From: Trichoplax adhaerens
Lineage: Eukaryota > Animalia > Placozoa
DNA: 64,000 nt
NCBI RefSeq assembly: GCF_000150275.1
Contig: NW_002060948.1
Location: 1,920,918 to 1,984,917, forward strand
Direction of reading: 5' to 3'
Part shown: positions 1 to 12,200 of the stretch, one piece after another
Layout: every line of letters begins with the position of its first letter
How positions within the stretch are numbered: the first letter of the stretch is position 1
Notes under the pieces: generated by a model
What the model was told of the DNA's origin: nothing
Database searches by the model: none
The model's input: the letters and a program-made list of their open reading frames with translations, nothing else
Position numbers and translations under genes: made by a program

Positions 1-299
1 ATCAAAGTACTATCTAACTCATCACATCCAAATCCTAGCTGCATAAAGAATACATATCTTAGATATGCTATCTCTAAATACATATTGCTCTACATAATGC
101 CATGTTACGTTACACTACTGTATCTAAATATAATGATAGCGCCAGGTATTAATTATATTTATCTATAAGTAATCGCGTGTATATATATATACACAACTAC
201 ACATTAATTACACAAAAGTATTTGTAGATTTTTTAACGTTATTGACTACAATTTCTACTATCGCTAACAGATCTTTTCTCTCTATCTTTTAATTTGTAG

Positions 300-1361
300 A
301 AATCCGCTTCCGGAAGTCAATACGCCCAGTCAGCATTGACAGCATTATTGTTAAGCCTTCAGACAGGACAAGGGAATAATCCACCAGTTCAGCTATTACC
401 CATCAAAGCGGAAGGTATTCATGTTAACCTTATACGTTATCATCAAATTTGAAGACATTTTATGTTTAGCGTGCTAAAATATCGATCAGGATATGTCTAT
501 GATAGATTAAATAGCTAAAGTTTCGATTTTAGGAATCAAATAGTCATTTCATCTTTAAAACTTCGAAATGGAATTTAATAATTCTCTCATGTTGTAGGTT
601 TCAACGCTACTGTTATCGGTATCATCATCGCTATTGCTATTTTTCTGCTTGTAGCTGTCTTTTTGTATCGACGACGTCGACGTAAACAAACTGCTCAAAA
701 GAATTCTGTATCTTTCGAGCAACAGTTATCGTCTATCGCTCCAGCTACAAGTATAACTAATCCACTGTACAAAGAAGGAGATCTGGATTTTCCAGATCTG
801 CCTGCTCGGAAAGAAAGCCGTTTCGATAGTCCTGACCTCGACGGTGACGAGCAAGTTCAATTGCATAGTACCAGAAGTAAATTTAGCGTTGATAGCTTTG
901 CTAAGCGAAATCAAAACTATTCTAGTACCTATTTTGAGAATCCTGCCATCAATGATAACGAAAGTGCTCACCAGCAATACCCTGAAACTAGCGTACCTAA
1001 TAACGGTATAGTAACCAATACAAATGGCAAGGACGGTAGCCTCTATAAATCAGTTAACGGCAAAGGTGATAACGACAAGGTTACATTATTTATGACAAAG
1101 AAATCATCTTCCAAAATGCGTGAACGAAGTGATAGCTTACCTACCGATACCACGACTTTACAAAAAGGAAATGGCCTTCAAACTGCCGACGATTATTATT
1201 ATCAAAATTACGATGATCAATCATTGGTTAGTGGAAACAGAAGGAGGAAGAGATCGAGCATAATGAAGAGCATGAGCGATATTTACAATCATGTTACATC
1301 AAACGCATCCAAGAAGAAGTCCTTCAGGGACAGCCATGATGAAGGTTCACTTATCAATTAA
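300..1361 (+). CDS. 3' end (last two exons, 300-414 and 598-1361) of a type I transmembrane protein, probably a Jagged-derived paralog; 5' part lies outside the window
   Basis: tgtag|300 exon reads KSASGSQYAQSALTALLLSLQTGQGNNPPVQLLPIKAE, ends G|gtattc (phase 1) and splices in frame at tgtag|598 to GFNATVIGIIIAIAIFLLVAVFL (TM), then YRRRRRK (stop-transfer) and a ~230 aa polar tail with NPLY. The penultimate exon is 115 nt, phase 0 to 1, identical in length and phase to exon 27131-27245 of the Jagged-like gene at 25.5-28.5 kb. Confidence 0.75.
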
Positions 1362-3274
1362 TCAAGATAGTATCTAGATCTTTTCTCCTTCTTTATTTAA
1401 TCGATCAACAAATCCTATACTACCTAAACAATTCATGAAATTTCCTTCATGTTTTAGTTAATACAAAATGTAAATACGTCAAACTTTTTCATTAATTTTC
1501 ACTTTAGCTTTTTGATTAATAACACATGGACGGTAAACATCATAAGTTTGCTCCATTAACTCTTGATATGATGATAGTAAATATCTTTCTTGATATATTA
1601 TGCCCTTTGATATAAAAGAATACGTATAACTACATAATAATTTTGAAGGACTACTTCTAAATCCAAAATTTCTATGCTACATTTTATAAACTGGAAGGTA
1701 TTAAATCAATTTTTATCCGTTAAAGAAATGGTCATAGTATTTTTTACACTTTATTTGAAAGTTGAGTGTCAATATACAGTAACCTATTTTTAATTGTACC
1801 TGCTAGTTCGTTTTGATATTGCATATTTACAAAATAAGATTTATAGGTACTTATTAATATAACCATTTAATTTCTTTATGCTGCTCAATTTAGTGCATCT
1901 TTTATAGCAGAATTACAGTCGTTTACTTGAAGTAATTTAAATTAAAAGCTTATATGTAGAAATCGATTACATCTATTTTTTTAAATATCATTTTTATTTA
2001 GCAATAGCATAAATTGTAACAAGTACCTACTCCTTATTCATCAATATCGTGTCAAGGGTCATATGTATCGTCTAGATATGCCAATTATTTTCTTACTATT
2101 TTAAAGACATACAGGAGGAGCTGTAGTTTCTTCCAATTTTAATTAACTAGTTTTACAAGTATTATCCAGCCTCCTAAAAACTGCGTAAAAATCTTTTAGT
2201 TTAGATTGTATTTGAAATCTCTGCTAAAACATCACAATAACGGACATATCGTGATTGATATATTACACCAAATTACAGCTTACCAATTATCGATTGCAGA
2301 TGAGAAAATAAATTGAAGATCTTAATAAAAATTAAAATAAAGGCTCTTAAAACTATTATTAACGGATCAATCTCAAACGCATCCAATAATCAGAGATTTT
2401 TAAGTTCGATATATCTTTCTACGAAGGCAATCGACTTAAAGGTTCAGTAGTATTTTGTTACTTTAAATTGAGAATCTAATCAAACTTTCATTAGCCTTTA
2501 TTTTAATGAATGATAAGACTGCAGGTAACAATTACATCTGATATTCATACAGCTAGATTGTATAGTCTACTTAAGTAATCAATATTTTTTATAACCATTA
2601 CATTAATAACAGCAATATAAATTTCATACTATTAATATATGGTGAATACTATGAATTAAAACCAATAAGCGAAATACAAATATCTATGCATGTATTCTGA
2701 AGACTTTGTTTAATGAGGTACCGGTAATATTCTAGCTCACAGTTTTTATATTAACGCTATCCGATGATCATATTATATTAGCATATTCCCGGCATTTACG
2801 AAATCGGTTACCAAGAGCAATCTTGGAAGTAGAATAATCATTTTAGATAGTTGACTTTTCAATCTTTATGGATTATTATATATTTCTGATAGAAATATAT
2901 CAATAAGAGTCTAGTATAATAACGTGGTAAGTTTTTTTCGTGAAATTGTACGTGTATTTGTATTTTATTGCTATTTTCTTCGATATTACCACTCTGTAAT
3001 GTTGTACTGTTTACTCTATTCCTTCGTTTTAATAAAGATGCGTGGAATACGAATGGTTAAGTTACTACACATACAAAATGATTGAATATGAACATATTGG
3101 GATTAAAGATCGATTGTAAGTACAAGTAGCAGCAACATGAATAACAATTTCGTCATTTAATCGCAAAATATATCTTAATTTATTCATTATTACATGTTAG
3201 GTCTAGATATAGCCTAATTTAATTAAAAACATCCGTATATCTTGGATTCTCCTCCTTCGAATCTCATCAGGAAT

Positions 3275-6200
3275 TTATAAATCATGATTAGTAGTAGGAT
3301 CACAATTGTTGCCTATAGATTCATCTCCGAATGGACTATAAGGAGAAGTATTTTTGTGGCCGCGATATCTGAATCCACGTGGTGCTCTGAGTTTTATACA
3401 ATTTCGGAAGGATAGATCCCCTTTGTAAGCATTCTTTTTGAATACAATTATCACTATCATTACCACAACAATCGCTGCAACGACAGAAATGATAAGTGGT
3501 AGGACGAAATCTAACAACATGTGAATAAAAACAATTATATAAGCAATAAACGATAATTTTTCCTAACTGAAAATGAGTAACTGAAAAATGTATCTGGTTA
3601 TAATATATAAAAATATTGTAAAGCGGTTCATATATATTTTATCCTTTCCAAGAAATTTCGTAGATTTGAAATAAACCAGAATTTATGCTAATTAAAATCT
3701 CGCTAAGCTGATGAAAATGGCTGTTCTTTTAAAAAATACAGTTACTTATTCTATTTGTTCTCATGATCGATTGATAATATGTAGAAAATGTAATGTATCT
3801 GTATGTCAGTTAGAACATAAAAATACGGTAAAAAAAGCATGTTTATGGGAAAACCGAAAAGGAGTAACGGAAAGTGCATCTAGCTATCAAATATAATTAT
3901 TATACAAAGCAAGCTAATGTATTTTTATCCTTTCCAAGAGATTTCTGAGATTAAGATAAACTAAAATTTATATAAATTAAACTATATATATCAATTAAAA
4001 TACAAACCCAGTTTAAAAATGGGTACTGTATGGGGTACTTTGGTCGGTTACATAAAATATCACAAAAATCGTACCGTACGTATATTTAACTAGCTAAGGA
4101 AAGTTAAAATTATTTACTATACCATAAGTGTCTACAGAATAGTAGATGAACAGTCTTCGTAAACGATAGTGATTAAATCGGTAATCTACTTTTCTTCACG
4201 AAAATTATACCTGGCAATCTCCCAGATACATAAGGTTGCTGAGGTTTGGAAACAGATAGCAAAGATAACACTCGATTAGAGGAGTTACTTCCAATGGATA
4301 AAGTAAAAGCTTGTAAAGCTTGCTGCGTTGTCGAGATTCCCGCAAAACTATGCTACGATGAAAATAATGATTGAGCGTCTTTACAAATATAAATTTCTAC
4401 GCTACACATTTAATCTAACTATAACATCTGTAGAGTATCTTAGTGAAGGTATTTACAAATTCGATACGCAAATGTATCCACTCTGGCTTTCTTTCCATTA
4501 TGTAGCAATCAACAGTTAACAGCTTCTCTACAGCAAACGATTTCATTCTATCTTGGAGACGAATTGCGTAGCATACTTCCTGCAAAGTGGTTCCCTATGT
4601 ACCGAGCAAAAGAAACGTTACATGATCGCAAATGAATAAAAATCTATCGGAGAAATATCATAATTTAGATCATGCTTATGGCATAGTGATGGAAAATTAA
4701 TTAATTTCTATTATAGTTTGTAAGAATAGCCATAGCAATTGATACGTAGGAACTTGATGTTATCACACAATTATAAAATCAATTTTTACCATTGGTAGTA
4801 ATCGCGTTGACAGAAAAAATGCTTTAGATAGACACTTTGTTGAGTTTTGATTACCAGAGTTGCATATAATATTCGGTGGTGTAACAAGTGGGCAAACGCC
4901 AGTTATATTGCAAGGTGGTGCAAGACATTCAGAATTTTGTACATGAAAGCATGTGTGTCCATTAGGGCAAACTTTAGGTCCATTACTATTTAAAGGACAA
5001 CTAACAGATCCGCACCATACCTAGTGTTGCCGATTATATAGCCATATTACACGATAAGTATCGTATTATTTTTGAAGAAATGCGTTTATATTATCTAATA
5101 AACTTAAAATAAATCTTGCACAAGGTATCATTTGAAGCCACATAAATCACCTTAGAGCAAATTGAACGACTACTTCTGCAATTACATGCATTACAATATT
5201 CATTCCATTTTTCTCTATTTCTGTACACTTTGCCACCATATGTACATGAACCAATCAGTACTAATTAGAATCAACAATGTGAAAACATTTTAGAAAATGC
5301 AAACAGCTGAAGACTATCATATGAACACTGTGAGAATAAGTTCAATATTTGTTTTTACGTCTTAAGAATACCAAATAGCTAAACCTTACAGTACTTGTCC
5401 TTTTATAATCAGCTTAAAACTAGATGATATCAATTCAATTATGATAGCAATAATCTATGCGGATCGTGCAAAATGGTCAAGTAGTACATTGCAACCTTTT
5501 CGATACAAATTGTATACTAATTATAATTACTGTCCTAAGTATATTAAAATTGATAATTATCGATAGATTATAAAATTAATTTTATCTACAAATATCTCTC
5601 GCATATAATAATGACACGCAAATGAATTACTACTGTACACTTTAGCTTATAGTTAACATAAATTCCATTAAACTATAACTATTGGTATCATTTGAGCTAT
5701 CAATCAATCAGATTTGGGAAGTTTAACAATTTTGTATCGTATTACGTGGTAGCCATAAAGCTAATGTACCCAAGGTACTATGAAAAGAATATTACTTTAT
5801 CATAATTTATAACAGCGATATATACTCGTATTTTGGCCATTTGATAAACCGTATAGACTCACTTTCCGACTGACAGACTAGCCCAGTATAACCAGTACCA
5901 CTACAATCACACGCAAAGGCATTAATGGAGGTAATACATCTACCACCATGTTGGCATGGCTTAGAAGCACATTGATCGATTATATTCTGACATGACAAGC
6001 CCGTGACACCTGGCGGACAAGTGCATTTATAACCACCGATTAAATTCTGACAAGTACCACCATTATGGCATGGCTTTGATAGGCACTCATCAACGCCTAG
6101 TTGACAATATCGACCTCTAAATGCAGGCAAACACTGGCAGTTAAAGCTGTTCATATCTTCAGTGCATGTCCCATTATTAATACAAGTTGTTGCTGTGCAC

Positions 6201-9200
6201 AGTCTTACTGTAAAAAATAAGAAAATAGTATCACAGGCTGTCAATTACCTGGCAAATAATTTATTGCAACAATATGAATATATACTATATTTAATAATGA
6301 TAACATAAAACTTAATCTAGCTTACCTCCTGAATATGAATACATATATACAAGTATACTTAATGAAGATACCGACAGGAGACGTAATTTATTCTACCTTC
6401 CAAATGTGAATATACTACACCTACAATATATTTAATAATGAAGTTACCTTCATAAAATGTAATCTATCCTACCTGTCTGGCAGTGATTGCCTTTATAGTC
6501 TGTAGTTGAACAATTGCATCGATACCCAGTTGATTCTACTACACATTGCCCACCGTTTTGGCAAGGTTCTGATTCACAAATATCATAACTTTGCTGACAT
6601 ACCTCTCCAGTATAATTTGGAGGGCAATGGCAATAGTAGCTTCCAAACGAGTTGACACATGTACCACCATTTTGACAAGGTTTAATGTTAGTATTGGGAA
6701 GGTGAATTTGGGTACATTCATTAACGTCGGATTGGCATTCTTGGCCTGTAAAATTGCTTAAGCATTGGCATTGATAACCTCCAAGTACATTAATACATTC
6801 ACCATCGTTCTGACATGGAAAACTGCGGCATTCATCAATATCAGTTTGGCAATGAACGCCTGTGACATGAGAAGGACATTGGCAATAATAACTAGCAATT
6901 TGGTCAATGCAAGTTCCACCATATTGACATGGTTGACTAAGACATTCGTTAATCTGTGTTTGGCAATTTTGACCAGTATACCCTGCTTGGCATTGACATT
7001 GATAACCAGCTACCTTATCGATACAGGTAGAATTTTGATAGCATGGCCCACTATTACATTCATCTATTTCACTTTCACAATGTCGACCTGTATATCCATC
7101 AGTACAGTGACAGGAATAGCCTCCCATGATTTCTTGGCAAGAACCTTGATTCTTACAAGGCTTGCTGTCACATTCGCGTACATCTACCAAAATAAATCAA
7201 TAATTTTTATGCTGCCTAAACACATATAGTATCGAAATGAGGTTTATCGATTTTTGAAATCAATTTCAATATTCTCACTATTATTATAGCTACCTCGTTG
7301 ACAGTTTTTTCCGGTGAAACCTGGTCGACAATTGCATTTATATCGATTTGCTCTGGTATTAATACATGTTCCATCACTCAAACATGGATGACTACGGCAG
7401 GAATTTAAATCTATGATATACAAAAAGAAATAGGATTATCCGGAAGGCGCCCCGCCCCAATAGAAAATATATTAATAATCTAAAATTAGGTTAATGCGAT
7501 ATGCAAATGGAAACTTTATATTGAATTTTAAAGCAGGAAGCTAAAATCTTTCGACATTCATTTCCCTGTTTTGCCATCACTAAATATATTAATTACCATC
7601 TTCGCAAAGCTTGCCGGTATAAAATGGCGGGCATTGACAAGTGAAGCCATTTATTTTATCGATACAGGTTGCATTCGGATGAACACAAGGCTTCGCCGTA
7701 CATTCATTAATATCTAGATCAGATTGAGATATTAAACGTACACACGCTTTCAGAACTGTAATAATGCCAATTAAATCAATTAGCAAAAGTAAAATATATC
7801 TAGAACAAATGAAGAAAATCCACAGTATATGCAAATACTTAGCAAATCTAGCTGAGCTAAGACTCAGTAAAATAATAAATGATAATGATAAATTATCATT
7901 CGAAAATTTCAAATAAAGATCCATGCAATTCGACAATATCGGAAGATGGAATAAATGGAAAATATCATTCTGCGTAGCTGCTACCGTATCCCAAAAAATT
8001 GCCAATGTTATGTTGTACCTGTTTGACAAATTTTCCCAGTATAACCCGGTTGACAATGGCATTGATAGCTATCAGGTTGAACGTTGCTACAATTTGCCTT
8101 GTTCAAGCATGGTCCACTTCTACATCGATTTGTATCTAAATTGTATGCAAAGTAGACATTATACTTTAAAAGTTAAAGTTAAATGCTATGTCAATATTGT
8201 AGATGTTACTATTCACAAAAATCTATTCGTAGCAGTTCCCTTTATACAATTTATAATAATTCATGTTGCAATTCTAAGTAAACTGCTGATAATTTGCAAG
8301 CTATAAACGTATTCTCTCATGATGGTAAAGTTAATATCTAGACTCCATGATATTAATGTAACTACTTCAAATAAAACAGTTTTCACTCTTTAAAAGTGTT
8401 TAAATTAGAGTATTAAAAGAAAGTACTCTGTTAATAATTTTAATAGCTACGCTAATTAATCGTTGACTAATTATCTTCTCAACAACCAGATATTGGCCGT
8501 TACAATTGAAAAAACAATCGACTTAATATCCCTTAGATTAGTGATTAAAATACCATATTCGCAATTGGAACCACCGTAAAATTTCTTGCAGTGACAATCA
8601 TTCCCTTTAATGCAATACCCATTTTCTTCAACCATATATTCAGAATATCAGTATAAAAATTTTATTCTTACAAAGTCAATATTTTTAGTAATGATCATTC
8701 AATTAAAAACTATGCCTGACTCATGCCGTATTGATTAAGCAATTTCAATATCAGAATCTGAAATATTGGGTAACCAATTGATATACCTGAGCAGTTAGCA
8801 GATTTTATGCATGTATTGCATATATAGCCCGTCCAGCCACTTTGACATCTAAATAACAATCATCAAAGGTAAATTTTTATAACTTTAAATTAATAACCAT
8901 AATTATAATTAATGCCATCATCATTTATGCTACTCATGCAATTAAATATAAATTATAATATTTAAGCCATTTTTAGTATAAGATATCGCCATAGTTTTAA
9001 GCCTTACACGCATGTGAAAGGAGCATTCATACAGTGGCCATGATCTAAGTTGCATCCTTCTCTACATAAAGCTTCCGCAGAAGTAAAGCCATTATTGATA
9101 GGAATACATAGCATACCAAATCTACTCTTCAATTCAATTTTATTTATTCGATAAATCATTGATTATTTATTTTAAAGGCAGTGATAAGAATTCCTATTTT

Positions 9201-12200
9201 ACTTTATAATAACTTTGATGGTAACTAATATTTCAATTAAGTAACTGTGTAGTAATATTAACTTGAAATATCCAGCTAATTGTAATGGCTATAGGAATCT
9301 TGATTAATATCGCAGCAATAGACTATGTTTGGAGTATAGAGCTTATTAAAAATCAAGTTATTGTAGTCTATATTGCAAAGGGCATTGATATTTTTATTAT
9401 TAGCCAAATGTTCATTTTCAGTACTATATTTAGTGCAAAGAGCTTATTAAAATCAAGTAATGATGAAACTGTAAGAATTTGAACATTCTCACGATCAGCC
9501 ATACAGAAATTTACTTAAATAGTTAAATTACTACCTGTCACATTAGAAATACAGTCATATGACCACACTTATGATCACAGTACTGTAACTTATAAATTTC
9601 TCGCTCGTTTAGCTGACAGACTAGGCGATGGTTTATTATATATTGAAAATGTCCAAAACATCCAATTAACATTATTTCAACAATGCTTACAGATCTGGCA
9701 GTGCCGCCCGGTATAATTGCTTGGACACTGGCATGAATAACAGTCATCTCCGCAATTAGTACAACTGCTGTAATAAGGACATGGACTTGAACGACAAGAA
9801 TTTCGATCTAAAATAGAATTATATCAATGCATAAAATAATATTACAGGATCAAAAGTGCATTATTTCATCACCTTTCTCACACAGTCTGCCAGCCCAGTC
9901 TGCAGGACATCTACATGTAAAATTATTAACGCCATCAATGCAGGTCGCTATTATGTGACGACAGGGATTAGAGGCGCATTCATCAATATCTGTAAGATAA
10001 TTATGCAAGAAAGTCAATGGCAAAGAGCTAATAAAATATTTTGCCAGCTAATTACCTTAGCAATAAAATTGCTTCAGGTAAACATATTACCACAATTTCC
10101 TGCTATAAACCAGCGAAGCTATAGGTCTAACTATGATTTTAGCGAGCTGTTGTGCTATTAAAATTATACTATTAGGACTGTAAACAATATCAAAATCATG
10201 CAAAAGAGTCATTCGCAATGAACTAATAAAATTGCTTGCCAGCTAATTATCTTAGCAATAGAACTACTTTCGACGAAATCAGGATCTAACTATGATTTTA
10301 GCGAGGAACTGCAAGTATTAAAATTACGCTATCAAAAGTGTAAATGATATAATAATTATATATAATTGGTTGAATTAAATTCTGTAAATATCAACTACAG
10401 AAGCTAGCAATAAGGAAAGTATTTGTAATTTCTTTATTGCAGAGATAGAGTAGCACTGCATGCAAGACCTTCAAATGTCCCGAAACTTATAACCGATACT
10501 ATTTTCTATCGATATTACATATTATGGTGACAAATTTATAAATTTGCAACTTTAATTTTACTATTGCTTATGCAGGCATGTCATGAATAGACTACATATA
10601 GGTTAGCGTTTTGAATCAAATCTATTTCCAAAATGGTATCAAATTTCCTTTTTAAACCTCTTCAATATCCCAACCGTAAATCATAAAGATTGTTTCAGCA
10701 AATCAATTGCAGGATAAGAGAAACATTATTGCCGAATACTAACTTATTTGGCAATTTTTTCCTGTGTAGCCGGGAAGACATTGACATCGGTAATTATTCA
10801 GTCCGCTGTTAATACATTTTGCCCCATTACGGCATGGTGAAATGCGGCAGAGATTTAAATCTATAGTAATTATCAGTAAGCGATAATGGAATTGCATTGC
10901 ACACGGTAGTATTGTAAAATCTTTGAAACGCAATGAAATAAAATTGGCAAGGCTTAAATATAGAATACGATCATTTCTTACCGTATTGACAATTTTTGCC
11001 GGTAAAGTTTGCTGGACAAACACATTTATATCCACGATCAGCGGTTGGAATACAGGTTGCATCGGCCTGTTGACATGGATTAGAAGTACAGGCGGTAATA
11101 ACTACATATGCATATAAAATAGGAGATGGTTAGAAAAAGTCAAAGCAGTAACCCAATGAAAGAAAAGATTGCAATCTGCATTAGAGATGAATATTACGGG
11201 TTTCACAAATTCTTCCAGTTCGATTCTGAGGGCATTGACATCGATAAGTATGAGCTCTGATTGCAAAACATGTAGATTTCCCTTGACAAGGACTTGGACG
11301 ACAGGGATTATTATCTACAATAATAAGAGGTATTTAATATCTCATCTTTGCATCAAATTATAGCAGCCATATTTCTGAAGATAGCATAGATAAACCCAGC
11401 ATTACTGCATGATACGGTTTTTCATTAATTTTCCAGTGAACTTGATGTCAATAATAATCTGCAGTTAAATAGCCTTATCGCGATGTTATCTGATTGTATT
11501 ACAGCTAATTAATATAATTGAGACATAAAATATCGTCAGGTATTTAACTCAAAAGCATTCTACCATCAATAGATTCGACTAGCGCTGATGTTTATTACTA
11601 AACTACCCGTCTATTAATAAGTAATACCTGTTAATAGCTATTTTAGCCGTAGGTTAAGTTTTACGTGTATTATAGCGCACCAGCTAATATTCGTGTGTAG
11701 CCACAAAATTATTGCTATTAATATAAATAAGCCGATCCGTCTATTATTATTATTTCTATTTGCATTTATCGATCGATGATAGCGCGTAAAATTTGACTAA
11801 AGAGATGGAAAGATTCTAGATGATGAATGGATCGGTGTTTGTAGTCATAAAATTATTACCATAAATGTGAATGAACGGATCCATCTACTATTAACTTTTT
11901 ATTTGTATTTATCGAGCGAAAATAGCGCTTAAAAATTTTATTAGTGAGATAAAAAGATACTAGATCATAAATCGATCGGTGCTTGCAGTCATAGAATTAT
12001 TACTATGAATGCAAACCAGACGACCTGTCTATTATCAACTTTCTATTTACATTTATTGAGCGAAAATAAATGTATAATGTGTGATGTGTAATAATTACTA
12101 TAAATGTAAATATATCGGCACGTATATTATTAACTTTCTACTTGCATTTATCGAGCGAGAATAACAGGTCAAAAATTTTTATTAGTGAGATGAGAAAATA

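Noticed and set aside
6539-8306. ORFs 6539-6721, 6765-7229 and 7923-8306
   Set aside because: Alternative-frame or antisense shadows of EGF exons.
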